Made by a program: the position numbers and the translations under genes. This document shows, piece after piece, positions 10,477 through 21,007 of a stretch of 60,226 nt of DNA. How positions within the stretch are numbered: position 1 is the stretch's first letter; the number at the start of each line of letters is the position of its first letter. Source of the stretch: a virus; the IMG/VR virus record IMGVR_UViG_3300045988_163836. One strand, written 5' to 3'. The notes beneath the pieces are model-generated. The model saw only the letters and a list, made by a program, of their open reading frames with translations. It was not told the DNA's origin and made no database searches.

Positions 10477-10932
10477 ATGGAACGCATTTATAGACTAACA
10501 TATGGTCCTTATTATGAAGAGCAGAAGCTTGGTTATCTTACTGAAGATAAGTTGAATGATTATCTTGAAGAGTTGTTTCATTCAACTCTAATGCAAAGTA
10601 GCATTCATAATCATTTTGAAACTCTCAAAGCTGAAAAAGCTCGATACGAAACTAAACGCCATGAAGCAATTCAGGACATGAATAAATATCTTCCCATCCT
10701 TCAGGTGGGTAAGGAAAATCCTGAATACAAAGACGCCAAGAAACAATATAAGAAATATGAACGTATTGTCATTGATTGTAACTGCCAAATGAAGAAAATA
10801 GATAAGTTAGTTGAAGAACATAATAAATGGACAGCAACTGATTGGCTTCACTGGGCTGATTACAATTGGGAACCTATTGAACTTAATGTAGTCAGACCGG
10901 TTAATGAAAGGGTAAGCGAGGATTGGATGTAA
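10477..10932 (+). CDS. hypothetical protein
   Basis: Track ORF after a promoter motif around 10425-10460. Confidence 0.5.
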   Translation: MERIYRLTYGPYYEEQKLGYLTEDKLNDYLEELFHSTLMQSSIHNHFETLKAEKARYETKRHEAIQDMNKYLPILQVGKENPEYKDAKKQYKKYERIVIDCNCQMKKIDKLVEEHNKWTATDWLHWADYNWEPIELNVVRPVNERVSEDWM

Positions 10933-11168
10933 TGGGAAAAAAAGAAATGGTAATTAAAATTCTTAAAGAAAGCGGCACTCTTACTGCAAAGCAAATTTCA
11001 GCGTTCGCAAAGCGTAAGTATGATTTTGATATTACATCACAAGGGGTTTCAGGTGTTATGCGTGGCCTCATCGGTCAGGGGCTAGCGGCGAGTTCTAAAG
11101 ATGGTAGTAATCAGACACGATACTGGCTTAATACTTGTACATGGAAGGATATGACTGCAAATGATTAA
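10923..11168 (+). CDS. hypothetical protein
   Basis: Track ORF. Confidence 0.4.
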   Translation: MDVMGKKEMVIKILKESGTLTAKQISAFAKRKYDFDITSQGVSGVMRGLIGQGLAASSKDGSNQTRYWLNTCTWKDMTAND

Positions 11169-11391
11169 AAAGTGTGTTATAACAATCCTATTGATTATAG
11201 CTGCCGGAATGATTCTTATTTCCTCTTGGAATTATACTTCTAATAGGATTCGTATTTTCCCTGATGCTATTGGTTCTCAAGGTGTTGAAATTCAAAAGCG
11301 AGATGGATATAAAATTGATCTTCATCATCCATATGAAATGGTTGAAACGGAAGAAGGTTATGATTTAATTATTCATTTTGTAGAGGAATAA
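11161..11391 (+). CDS. small membrane protein
   Basis: Track ORF with a hydrophobic N-terminus. Confidence 0.4.
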   Translation: MIKKCVITILLIIAAGMILISSWNYTSNRIRIFPDAIGSQGVEIQKRDGYKIDLHHPYEMVETEEGYDLIIHFVEE

Positions 11392-11393
11392 GT

Positions 11394-11639
11394 ATGACTG
11401 AATATAAATGTAAGGTGTATCTGATTGAACCACAGGTAGGGTGGCATGGATTTAGTCTAGTTGCTGCCCTTGATGCTGAACATGCCAATCAAATTATTCG
11501 CAAAGCCGCAGGAGAGAGTAGATATTATTGGGGCTATTCACACGTGCGAGAATACGATGCCATTGATAATGTTTATTCTGATACTATTGGATTTGTATAT
11601 GAAGGAATTTTTGAAGATGAACAGTTTTCAATGATTTAA
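11394..11639 (+). CDS. hypothetical protein
   Basis: Track ORF. Confidence 0.4.
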   Translation: MTEYKCKVYLIEPQVGWHGFSLVAALDAEHANQIIRKAAGESRYYWGYSHVREYDAIDNVYSDTIGFVYEGIFEDEQFSMI

Positions 11640-11652
11640 GGAGTTGATAATT

Positions 11653-12459
11653 ATGAATTACCATTTAGATAAATGGGTTATGGATAAAGTAGAAACTCAT
11701 TTAGAAGCAGTTAATGTCAGAGGAGAAAATTGGGTTAGCTTAATGGCTTATGGTAGCCAGAACTATGGTCTTGATACTCAATTGTCTGATGTAGATACCC
11801 GGCTTATTGTTCTTCCTTCATTTGAAGATATTGTATTGAATAAAAAGCCAGTGTCTTATACCAAGATTCTTCCTAATGATGAACACATTGATTTTAAAGA
11901 TATTCGTTTGTTCATTGATTGTTTGAAGAAACAGAATATGGCATATCTTGAATGTATCTTCACACCTTATAAAATGGCATCAAGCGTGTATTGGAATGAG
12001 TGGCAGGCACTGCTTAATGAGCGTGAAGCTATTGCACGTTATAATCCTTACAAGGCAGTTAAGACAATGAAGGGTATTGCTATGGAAAAATATCATGCAA
12101 TGGAGCATAGATATCCTACTAAAACTCATCTGATTGATACATATGGTTATGATAGTAAGCAGCTTATGCATTTGCTTCGTATCGAACAGTATCTTGGACG
12201 TTATATTGATGAGGTTAAGTATGCTGATTGTCTTCAGGCACCAAGGGGTGATTATCTTCTTGCTGTAAAAAATTATCACTATGATCTTGAAACTGCACGA
12301 ATTGTAGCAAATACTGCTATTAATAATATTACAAGAGTAGCTGATGATTATTGTTCTAAGACCAAGGATGAAGGTAATGAAGAACTTGAAGATTTTATGA
12401 ATAAGATTGTTTATCTTATTATGAAAAAAAGAATTGTAAAGGAAATGTTAAATGTCTGA
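11653..12459 (+). CDS. nucleotidyltransferase (Pol-beta superfamily)
   Basis: GSQNYGLDTQLSDVD matches the GS..G..SDxD minimal NTase motif. Confidence 0.55.
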   Translation: MNYHLDKWVMDKVETHLEAVNVRGENWVSLMAYGSQNYGLDTQLSDVDTRLIVLPSFEDIVLNKKPVSYTKILPNDEHIDFKDIRLFIDCLKKQNMAYLECIFTPYKMASSVYWNEWQALLNEREAIARYNPYKAVKTMKGIAMEKYHAMEHRYPTKTHLIDTYGYDSKQLMHLLRIEQYLGRYIDEVKYADCLQAPRGDYLLAVKNYHYDLETARIVANTAINNITRVADDYCSKTKDEGNEELEDFMNKIVYLIMKKRIVKEMLNV

Positions 12460-12643
12460 AGATAATATGACTATTGAAATTGATAGTCGAGATATTGAAG
12501 AAATTGAAAACAATTTTGATGATCTTGGTAAATGGTTGACTGAACATTTTACCAGATTTGGGGCTCAAGCTGTTGTGCTTAGTGCAGTTATAGAAAAAGT
12601 AGAAGAATTAAAGGAAGAGCTGGCTAAAGAAGAAAATACGTAA
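12452..12643 (+). CDS. small hypothetical protein
   Basis: Track ORF. Confidence 0.35.
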   Translation: MSEDNMTIEIDSRDIEEIENNFDDLGKWLTEHFTRFGAQAVVLSAVIEKVEELKEELAKEENT

Positions 12644-12656
12644 GGAGGGAACTTCA

Positions 12657-13436
12657 ATGTTCAAGGACTATCTGATTAGAGGCGATTGTCATGGTGATTT
12701 CACATGGCTTAATGCAAGAATGTTTAGAATTTTAAATCCAAAAGACTACGCAATTATTATCCTTGGAGACTGCGGTTTTAATACTGGTAGTGCATTCAGA
12801 GATAATATGAAGAAAGAATATGCAAGCCAGTTTGGATATTTTATTTATTGCGTGCATGGCAATCATGAAGTACGTCCTGAAAACGTTGAAGGTATGGAGC
12901 GTGTTTGGGATAGCAATGTTCAGGCTAATGTATGGTATGAGCCGACTCACCCTCTGATTAGATATTTTGATAATTACGGGATTTATTATCTTAAAACCGA
13001 AGATAGAGAATATCGTACATTAGTTATTGGTGGTGCTTATTCTGTTGATAAATATTATCGTCTTAAAAACAATTTGCTTTGGTGGGAAGATGAACAATTA
13101 AATAATAAAGAAAAAGTTGATGCTGAAATGCTTATTCGACAAACTAATAAGCATTTTGATCTTGTACTATCACACACCTGCCCTTATTCTCTTAGGCCAG
13201 TTGATAAATTCCTTTCAATAGTAGATCAATCTACCGTAGATACTTCTATGGAAGAATGGCTTGAAGAAATTAAGAATATGATTACATATGATGTATGGCT
13301 CTTTGGTCATTATCATTGTGATAGATTTATTAATAAGCATAATATTATCTTTTTTAATTGTATCGACCCTTTGGAAGATATTTTCCTCTGGCATGATAAA
13401 ATGGATGATGCTGTAAATAATATTGACCGCTTTTGA
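12657..13436 (+). CDS. calcineurin-like metallophosphoesterase
   Basis: Motifs RGDCHGD, ILGDCGFN and VHGNHE. Confidence 0.6.
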   Translation: MFKDYLIRGDCHGDFTWLNARMFRILNPKDYAIIILGDCGFNTGSAFRDNMKKEYASQFGYFIYCVHGNHEVRPENVEGMERVWDSNVQANVWYEPTHPLIRYFDNYGIYYLKTEDREYRTLVIGGAYSVDKYYRLKNNLLWWEDEQLNNKEKVDAEMLIRQTNKHFDLVLSHTCPYSLRPVDKFLSIVDQSTVDTSMEEWLEEIKNMITYDVWLFGHYHCDRFINKHNIIFFNCIDPLEDIFLWHDKMDDAVNNIDRF

Positions 13437-13529
13437 GTGGTCAATTCTTTTTAGCTATTAAATTTGACTTTTCATATGAAATATAGTATTATTTACTAGT
13501 TATTTATTTTATATTGAAGGAGAATTAAT

Positions 13530-14118
13530 ATGCGAAAATTCTTAAATGTCATTCTTGTAATCGCTATGGTTGCTTTAATGATGATGCCAGTAAATGCTTT
13601 TAACATAAAAAGTTATAGTGCTGATGGCGGAAGCAGGTCAGAAATCGAATACGGTCCTACAGAATATTGTAATTGCGGAATCGACCATACTAATAAACCC
13701 TTTGAATGGTGGACTGATATTATATCTACTGATAGTCCTCAATGGGATTTAATTCATAATTATTTAACCATTTAGGAGAACGGCACATTAGCTACTGATG
13801 ATGGCTATACTGCTTGTGCTCTTGGAAGGTATTTCGGTAAGATTGGTTCAAAATGGATTTTTATTTGTGAAGATGGTTCAGAGATTAAGGTCGTTAAAGC
13901 TGATGAAAAGCAAGACCGCCATACAAAAAACTGGGATTTAATTCACGGTATTATTTGTGATGAATTAATTGAGCTTGTTGTAGATAGTAAGATTAGTCAA
14001 ACTTGCCCAACTGGCAATTTCAAAGACCTTGAAGGTTTTGAAGGTAATATAATTGGGTGGAAAGAAGTTCTTAATAATGAATTACCCGATTTGTTAAAGG
14101 GAACAATTTATAAATAAA
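13530..14118 (+). CDS. secreted hypothetical protein (one TAG read-through)
   Basis: Signal-peptide-like N-terminus. ORF continues through TAG at 13773 to TAA 14116, with an internal WDLIH duplication. Confidence 0.45.
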
Positions 14119-14143
14119 ATAATATTAAATGAGGTAATATAAA

Positions 14144-14644
14144 ATGAGCGTAGTTGCCGCGAAGGTATATGATAATAATATTCAAATGTCTGCAGATAGT
14201 ATTTTAACTAATGGATGGGAAAAAGACCCCAATACTAACTTTACTAAAATTATTTCTTTAAATGATATGATTGTTGGTAGTGTTGGTAATGCAGATGAAT
14301 GTAGCCTTATGTGGCTATATATGGAAAATCATCAGCCGCTTAATGCTACAGAGAGAGAAATTCTTAATTATTTTGCTGAATTTGGTAAATGGAAAGGCGA
14401 TATTGCTAATACTCGTGATATTAAGAATAGTTATTTAATGGCTTTTGGAGGTCATCTTTTTCAGATTTGTGGATATTTGGTTAGAGAAATTAAAGATTAT
14501 TATGCCATCGGTGCTGGTGCTCCTTATGCTTTGACAGCCCTTCATCTTGGACATGATTCAGAAGAAGCTGTTAAAGTTTCTTGTGCTATGTGTTGCTTCG
14601 TTTGTGAACCTATTGTGACATATAATCAGACAAAAGATAATTAA
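14144..14644 (+). CDS. hypothetical protein
   Basis: Track ORF; terminator 14656-14689 follows. Confidence 0.5.
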   Translation: MSVVAAKVYDNNIQMSADSILTNGWEKDPNTNFTKIISLNDMIVGSVGNADECSLMWLYMENHQPLNATEREILNYFAEFGKWKGDIANTRDIKNSYLMAFGGHLFQICGYLVREIKDYYAIGAGAPYALTALHLGHDSEEAVKVSCAMCCFVCEPIVTYNQTKDN

Positions 14645-14748
14645 ACATAGATAAAAAAGGGATAAAGATTTGATTCTTTATCCCTTTTTTATTTTTATAA
14701 AAAAATATTATAAAATATTTATAGAAAAAATAAAGGGAGTAAATAATC

Positions 14749-16392
14749 ATGACACCTTATGAAGCATTAACGGCCCAAGATAAGAAATATATTACTGAAT
14801 ATATTGAAAAATGGGGTGGCATTAATTCCCCCGTTAAACTTAAAGCCCCTCTTGATTATATCCTTCGAGAATGGAATAAGAGTAAGCAAACTCTGTTTGA
14901 TATTTTTGGTGAAAAGTTAATGCTGGAGAAGGAAATCCAGGTTGAAGATGGAGATAATAAAAAAATAAGAGAAGTTAGTGAATATCTCTATAGTTTTAAT
15001 CCTGGTATTAATTTTATTAAGAATCTTCGTAAGTTATTTGAGCTTAATAATATTTATTTTGACGATAGTTATGCAACAAAACATGCAATATATAATTTAA
15101 TTCAAGCTTATCAACTTTTTACTAATAGAGTTGCTAAAGGATTTATTTATCATAATAAAGATGGTAAGGCAGTTAAAGTTCCAGAAGGAGCCAAGGTAAT
15201 GAAAGTTCTTCAAAAAATGGCTAAAGAATTTGATTTACCTGATTTTGAAATTTTCCGCAATCATATTTCACGTATTACCGAAGTACGCAAATCTAAAATC
15301 AAATTTACTCTATCTATTCATCCTTTGGATTATATGACTATGAGCGATAATGCAAATGGATGGGAAAGTTGTATGAACTGGACTCAAGGACCAGGAAGTT
15401 ATCGTGCTGGTACTATTGAGATGATGAATAGTCCATTAGTTGTTATAGCATATATTACTACTAAACCTTATTATCCAGCAAACACTTCTATTGAATGGAC
15501 TTCTAAAAGCTGGAGAGAATTAATTATTGTCCATCCGAATGCTATTTGTTCTGTAAAATCTTATCCTTATTATAATATTGCATTTGATAAAGCTCTTGTA
15601 AATTGGCTTGTTGATTTGGTTGAAGAAAAAACTGAATGGCGTTATAACAGAAAAAAGCCACAAGAGAGTTTGGAAAGTTGCTCTTATATTGGAGCTTGGC
15701 AAGATAAAGAAGATAAGAATAATCATTTTCTGTTGGATTTTGCAACAAATGAAATGTATAATGATTTTGGTAATACAGAGAATTATGGAATTTTTTCAAT
15801 TAATTCACCAAACAATAAATATCGTACATTTACAATTAATTATTCTGGTTTAATGACTTGTATGTGCTGCGGCGAGGATGCTTATTGGTCTGATGATACT
15901 GAAATGGTGGTTTGTGAAGACTGTGATCCACCCACTTATTGTTATTGCTGTGGCGAACGAGTTAATGCAAATGATGCAATTGAAGTAGATGGTGAATTGG
16001 TTTGCGAAGATTGTTATCATGATTTGCATAGATGCTTATGCTGTGAGGATGCTCATTTTGATGAAGATTTCACTACTGTATTTGTTGGACATATTGAAAA
16101 TCAAACTATTAATATTGATTATGATGAACATTATATTTGTAGTGAATGTCTTGCTAATAAAGAATATTTAAAGTATCTTGGAGATACTGATATTAGAGCT
16201 GAAACAATTCGATTGGATGGCGGTCCTTATTATGGTATGGTGGCTCTTTTAATTGAAGAAGATGATTTAAATGTAGAGGCTAAAAAGATAATTTCTAATG
16301 ATCCTTATTCTACTATAATTACTGATTATACTTATGCTATTCGTCGTTATCCTGAGCGTTTTTATAGTTACAATAGGTCAATCGCGATTTAA
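14749..16392 (+). CDS. paralog family protein 2
   Basis: SIHPLDYMTMSDNANGWESCMNW...GTIEMMNSP plus a C-terminal CxxC array. Confidence 0.6.
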   Translation: MTPYEALTAQDKKYITEYIEKWGGINSPVKLKAPLDYILREWNKSKQTLFDIFGEKLMLEKEIQVEDGDNKKIREVSEYLYSFNPGINFIKNLRKLFELNNIYFDDSYATKHAIYNLIQAYQLFTNRVAKGFIYHNKDGKAVKVPEGAKVMKVLQKMAKEFDLPDFEIFRNHISRITEVRKSKIKFTLSIHPLDYMTMSDNANGWESCMNWTQGPGSYRAGTIEMMNSPLVVIAYITTKPYYPANTSIEWTSKSWRELIIVHPNAICSVKSYPYYNIAFDKALVNWLVDLVEEKTEWRYNRKKPQESLESCSYIGAWQDKEDKNNHFLLDFATNEMYNDFGNTENYGIFSINSPNNKYRTFTINYSGLMTCMCCGEDAYWSDDTEMVVCEDCDPPTYCYCCGERVNANDAIEVDGELVCEDCYHDLHRCLCCEDAHFDEDFTTVFVGHIENQTINIDYDEHYICSECLANKEYLKYLGDTDIRAETIRLDGGPYYGMVALLIEEDDLNVEAKKIISNDPYSTIITDYTYAIRRYPERFYSYNRSIAI

Positions 16393-16463
16393 TTGAAATT
16401 TTTAAAATAAAATAATATAATATATACATAAAATAAAGGAAAAATAAAAGGAGTCATTAAATT

Positions 16464-16859
16464 ATGGAAAAGAAGTTTACGAAGCGTGAGCTGTATGATG
16501 CTCTGATTGGCAAGCTGTGCGGTGAAGAGGTCGAAGTTGATGCGCAGACTCTGGTTGATTTCTGTCAGACAGAAATTGACCGTATTGATCAGCGTAATGC
16601 CAAGGATCGCGAGAAGCGTGAAGCTAAGAAGGCTGAACCTGATATTGCACGCGAGAAGGTATTTGCTGCACTTGACGAGCAGTTCCGTACTGCTGATGTA
16701 ATTCATGATTTTATTGGTGATGAAGATATTACTCTGGGTAAGGTTCGTCATCGTCTTGCAGGTCTTGTCCGCGATGGTCTTGTAAAGAAGCAGGAAATGA
16801 AGATTCCTGGCGGCGAGGGCGAGAAGGCACGTCATGCCATGTGCTATGCAAAGGCTTAA
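16464..16859 (+). CDS. charged small protein, atypically GC-rich
   Basis: Intact ORF at about 50% GC against about 30% flanks; followed by terminator gggtcgggaaaccgaccctttt (16868-16892). Confidence 0.5.
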   Translation: MEKKFTKRELYDALIGKLCGEEVEVDAQTLVDFCQTEIDRIDQRNAKDREKREAKKAEPDIAREKVFAALDEQFRTADVIHDFIGDEDITLGKVRHRLAGLVRDGLVKKQEMKIPGGEGEKARHAMCYAKA

Positions 16860-17026
16860 TAAATGAAGGGTCGGGAAACCGACCCTTTTGTTTTGCCCTT
16901 TTAGGATGCTGCTCCGGCCAAGGTCAAGCGTCTATACCGAACATCCAAATTAAAAAGTGGTTTAAGAATTTTTTTGACTAAATATTAATAATATGATAAA
17001 ATAATATAAAAAAGGAGTAGATAAAA

Positions 17027-17854
17027 ATGAAAGTTTGTTTAAGACATAATCAAGAAGAACAATATCTCCAAAAGGCAGAATAGGTCGAGGTTAAGTGGGC
17101 ATATATTGACCAACTTCTTGATTTAGTAGAAAAATATCCTGATAAAGATTTTGTCATAGATGCTCCAAAAGGCAAACCAATGGATTGGAAAAGTATAGCT
17201 ACTTGTAAGGCCGGCCTACATTAGGGCCACACCTTCTATATTCGGTTGCATGATCTAAATCCTTTGCTTACATTACGCTGGATGGAGAAATACGATTTTA
17301 AATTTTTTTATAGTGAACCAGCAAAAACATATTATGAGCTGTATAATCTAAAAAAATTAGGTGTATCATATGCTTATATTGATGCTCCTATCTTCTTTGA
17401 TTTAAATGAAGTAAAAAAAATAGATATCCCGTTAAGGATTGTACCAAATCGGGCATATATCCAAGGGCATATTCCACAAATGAGTGGCTTACATGGCACT
17501 TGGGTTCGTCCAGAAAAACTTGATATTTATGAACCATATTTTGATGTTTGTGAATTTGAAAATGATGGGCCTACGCAAGAACGAGCCTTCTACCGCATTT
17601 ATTTTGAAGATAAGTCTTGGCCAAATGACATGAATTCATTGATTTTTGGACTTAATACTAATATTGATGATAGATTGGTGTATGAAGGTCTTGATGAAAT
17701 GCGTCTTAATTGTAAACAAGTATGTGAAACACCTAAGCCCTATTGTCAAATGTGTGATAAAGTATTATATTTCGAACGGGCTGGACGTCAATGGGCCAAG
17801 GAGTATATTGCCGAGCATGAGGGAGAAGACCAAGAACAGATAAGCCCTAATTGA
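17027..17854 (+). CDS. hypothetical protein (two TAG read-throughs)
   Basis: ATG 17027 is in frame with track ORF 17246-17854 through TAG codons near 17081 and 17222. Confidence 0.45.
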
Positions 17855-17908
17855 TTATTTAATAAAATTATTATATAATATTTATATAATAATAGAAGGG
17901 AATAAGAA

Positions 17909-18907
17909 ATGGGTAAAAAAGTTTTAGTTCCTGAGTTTACTGAAAATTGTAGAGGGCTTTTGGAAGGACTATTCAAGATTAGCGAAGTAGGTCTTTTGAA
18001 AGCTCTTGGTGATTTTGTATCTAATAAATATTCTAATGTAGAGATTACAGAAGATTATGTATATGCTGAAGGCAATATTCCTGTTATGCTTATCGCACAT
18101 GTAGATACTGTATTTAGACAGCCAATTCGTCAATTTACTTATAATGAGAAAAGAGCTGTTTATAAAGGCAAGGAAGGTCTTGGAGCAGATGATAGAGCAG
18201 GTGTTTTTGCGATTATTCAGATTTTACGCAAAAAGTATAGACCTTATGTTCTTTTTACAACAGATGAAGAAATGGGTGGCTATGGGGCACATATATTTGT
18301 TGAAGAACATCCAGTAGCTCCAAATATTAAGTACATGATTGAGCTTGATAGAGCTGGTGAAAGAGATTGTGTCTTCTATGAGTGTGAAAATTTTACGTTC
18401 ATGGATTATGTTGAAAGTTTCGGCTTTAAGCAAGCAATTGGATCATTTACAGATATTAGTATTATTATGCCTGAATGGGAAATTGCCGGAGTAAATTTAT
18501 CAGTTGGCTATCATCATGAACATACTCAAAATGAAGATTTGCATATTAGAACATTGTATAATACAATTAATAAAGTATGTAAAATGCTTGATGATATCGA
18601 AAATGCAGATAAATATAAATTTATTCCTAGCAAGGAATATCTTCAGTGGATTACATTAACTAATAAATATCATATGCCTTATGATTTTGATGATGATAAA
18701 CTTCTTAATTGTAGTTTTTGTAATCAGTTATATTATGAGTGGGAAGATTTTCCTCTTGATATTGATGGAGTAAAGGTCCATGTATGTCCTGAATGTTTAG
18801 CACTTGATCCTAATATTCATCAATGTGAAAGATGTTATAATTTATTTTATTCAAATAATATGAAAGAAAGAGTATGTAATAAATGTCGAGTCCCTATTGT
18901 AATTTAA
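17909..18907 (+). CDS. M20/M28/M42-family metallopeptidase-like protein with C-terminal Zn-ribbon
   Basis: Motifs IAHVDTVF, GADDRAG and FTTDEEMGGYGA; C-terminal CxxC...CxxC. Confidence 0.5.
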   Translation: MGKKVLVPEFTENCRGLLEGLFKISEVGLLKALGDFVSNKYSNVEITEDYVYAEGNIPVMLIAHVDTVFRQPIRQFTYNEKRAVYKGKEGLGADDRAGVFAIIQILRKKYRPYVLFTTDEEMGGYGAHIFVEEHPVAPNIKYMIELDRAGERDCVFYECENFTFMDYVESFGFKQAIGSFTDISIIMPEWEIAGVNLSVGYHHEHTQNEDLHIRTLYNTINKVCKMLDDIENADKYKFIPSKEYLQWITLTNKYHMPYDFDDDKLLNCSFCNQLYYEWEDFPLDIDGVKVHVCPECLALDPNIHQCERCYNLFYSNNMKERVCNKCRVPIVI

Positions 18908-18987
18908 ATGAAATTAAAGAACAAGTAAAGAAGGTTATTGCCTATTCATAGGGGCTGGATATTAACCTTTTAAATATTGATAAATTA

Positions 18988-20310
18988 ATGAATGATTGGG
19001 AAGAGAATAAATGCAAATTTTATAGCAGGCTTCCTGGTAATAAATTAATTTATCAAAGCCATGCACCTATTACAATGTCTATTTCAGAAGATGATAAAAA
19101 AGCTGAATTAGATTGTTTTATTGACAACATTCGTTGGCGTTATGGCTTATTTGAATTAAGAGATTTTGTTGAAAATAATAGAAAAGATTTTTATAATAAT
19201 ATTTTAAGCGAAGATTATCCAATGAATAATGGAACTATCATTCCAAAAGGAATGAAAATAATTAAAGCATTTAAATATTTTGTAGAAGATAAGGAAATTC
19301 TTACTGAAATACAAGATAAAGCCAGTATGCTCATTCAGAATACAAAAATTAGTGGATATTTTTGTATGTCAGTTCATCCATTGGATTATCTTAGTTTAAG
19401 TGAAAATACGCATAACTGGCGGTCATGCCATGCACTTGATGGAGAATATCGGGCTGGTAATTTATCTTATATGGCAGATAATTGTACAATTATATGTTAT
19501 ATTAAGAGTGAACATGACGCAGTTTTACCTAGATTTCCAGATGATGTGCCATGGGTGGATAAGAAGTGGCGTATGCTTCTTCATGTGTCTGATGATGATA
19601 CTATGGTTATTTCAGGTCGGCATTATCCTTATGAAAGTAAAGGATTACAAGATTTTGCTCTTGAACTGTATGAAACATTTTTCGGGCAAGGATACCGTTT
19701 TACTGATTGGTGTCATGAAAAATATAATACATTTACAATAAATGATAAAATTTTTTCTAATGAAGTTCGTTTATTGCCTACGGGATACGTAATGACCCCA
19801 GATATTAAGGTTATTGTTGACCCAAAAAATCCTTTGCATTACAATGACCCTCTTCATTCTACTGTATATGACTATTGGTTTAGTATTGCTTATAGTGAAC
19901 CTTATTGGCATGAAGAAGGTATTCCACAAGATAAGTTAATTCTTCCAAGAACTCGTACCACTACTAAAGTTAATATAGGACATGATGTAAAATGCTGTAT
20001 TTGTGGTAAAAATGATTGTGTTTTAACAGATACAATGCTTTGTATTGATTGCGAACTTAAATATGGTACAGAAGAAACAGAAGATTTTACTTTCTGTAGA
20101 GAGTGCGGTAGACGTATTTATATTCCTGAAGCAATATCATTAGATGATGATGATGGTTATGTATGCCGTAGTTGCGGAGACAATTATTAGATATGTGATA
20201 ATTGTAATATGTATTATGATAAAAAAGATTTAATTTATGATGAAGAAAACAATGCTTACTATTGTGAAGCTTGTTATGATGAAATTTTATTTGATAGGGA
20301 GAATGAATAA
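18988..20310 (+). CDS. paralog family protein 3 (TAG read-through at 20188)
   Basis: SVHPLDYLSLSENTHNWRSC core. Reading TAG as Gln extends the CxxC-rich C-terminus to TAA 20308. Confidence 0.55.
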
Positions 20311-20618
20311 TGGCAAAAGGTAGTATTGCTAAAGATGCTGTTGTAGAAAAAATTGCAGAAGCATTTGGTGAAGATTTCCTCGGATCTTATGATAAAAAGT
20401 ATTATGTGCGAGCTAAAGAAAATGGACAATATATTCAGATTGCAATTAGTTTAACTTGTCCGAAAACTCCTGTGGAAAATTTTGGTTCTATGGATTTTGG
20501 TAATAATGAACTTAATTTTGAAGATGGTGCAACAATTCAGTCTGTAAAGAAGGCTACAGAAATTAGTCCAGAAGAAGAAGAAAATTTAAAAGCTTTAATT
20601 GAAAAGCTTGGTTTATAA
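20310..20618 (+). CDS. hypothetical protein
   Basis: Track ORF; terminator hairpin 20620-20645. Confidence 0.45.
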   Translation: MAKGSIAKDAVVEKIAEAFGEDFLGSYDKKYYVRAKENGQYIQIAISLTCPKTPVENFGSMDFGNNELNFEDGATIQSVKKATEISPEEEENLKALIEKLGL

Positions 20619-20725
20619 GAGAAAGTCAAATTGACTTTCTCTTATTTTTATGTTATAATTATTTATATAGGGTATATTATATTAATTAAATAATTAAATT
20701 TCTTATATAAGAAAGGAATAAAAAT

Positions 20726-21007
20726 ATGAAGAAGATTATAATTCCTCAAGAAGAAGTAAATTATCTTTAGAAATTAAATTATGAAATTGAAGCTAGAAAA
20801 AATTTATGTCAATTTTTAATTAGACAAAATATTAGAAATAAAGCTTTTGATGATTATCATAATGAGTATATAGAATTATTTGCTGAATATGAATTAGCTA
20901 AATTAGAATTAGAAAATAATTATATCAAACCAGAAATTGGGAATCAAACTTGCAATTGGAATTTAGATTTTTATACAAATGAGGTAATTATTGATGTTAT
21001 TTCCTAA
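20726..21007 (+). CDS. small protein upstream of rSAM (RiPP accessory candidate)
   Basis: ORF with one TAG, overlapping the rSAM start. Confidence 0.4.

Noticed and set aside
1998-18433. All minus-strand ORFs in the six-frame track (for example 1998-2237, 3495-3911, 5208-5678, 8997-9524, 9678-10181, 11980-12279, 16389-16835)
   Set aside because: Each lies antisense inside a longer, better-supported + strand gene. They have no SD or promoter motif and low-complexity AT-codon composition. The genome is strictly unidirectional.
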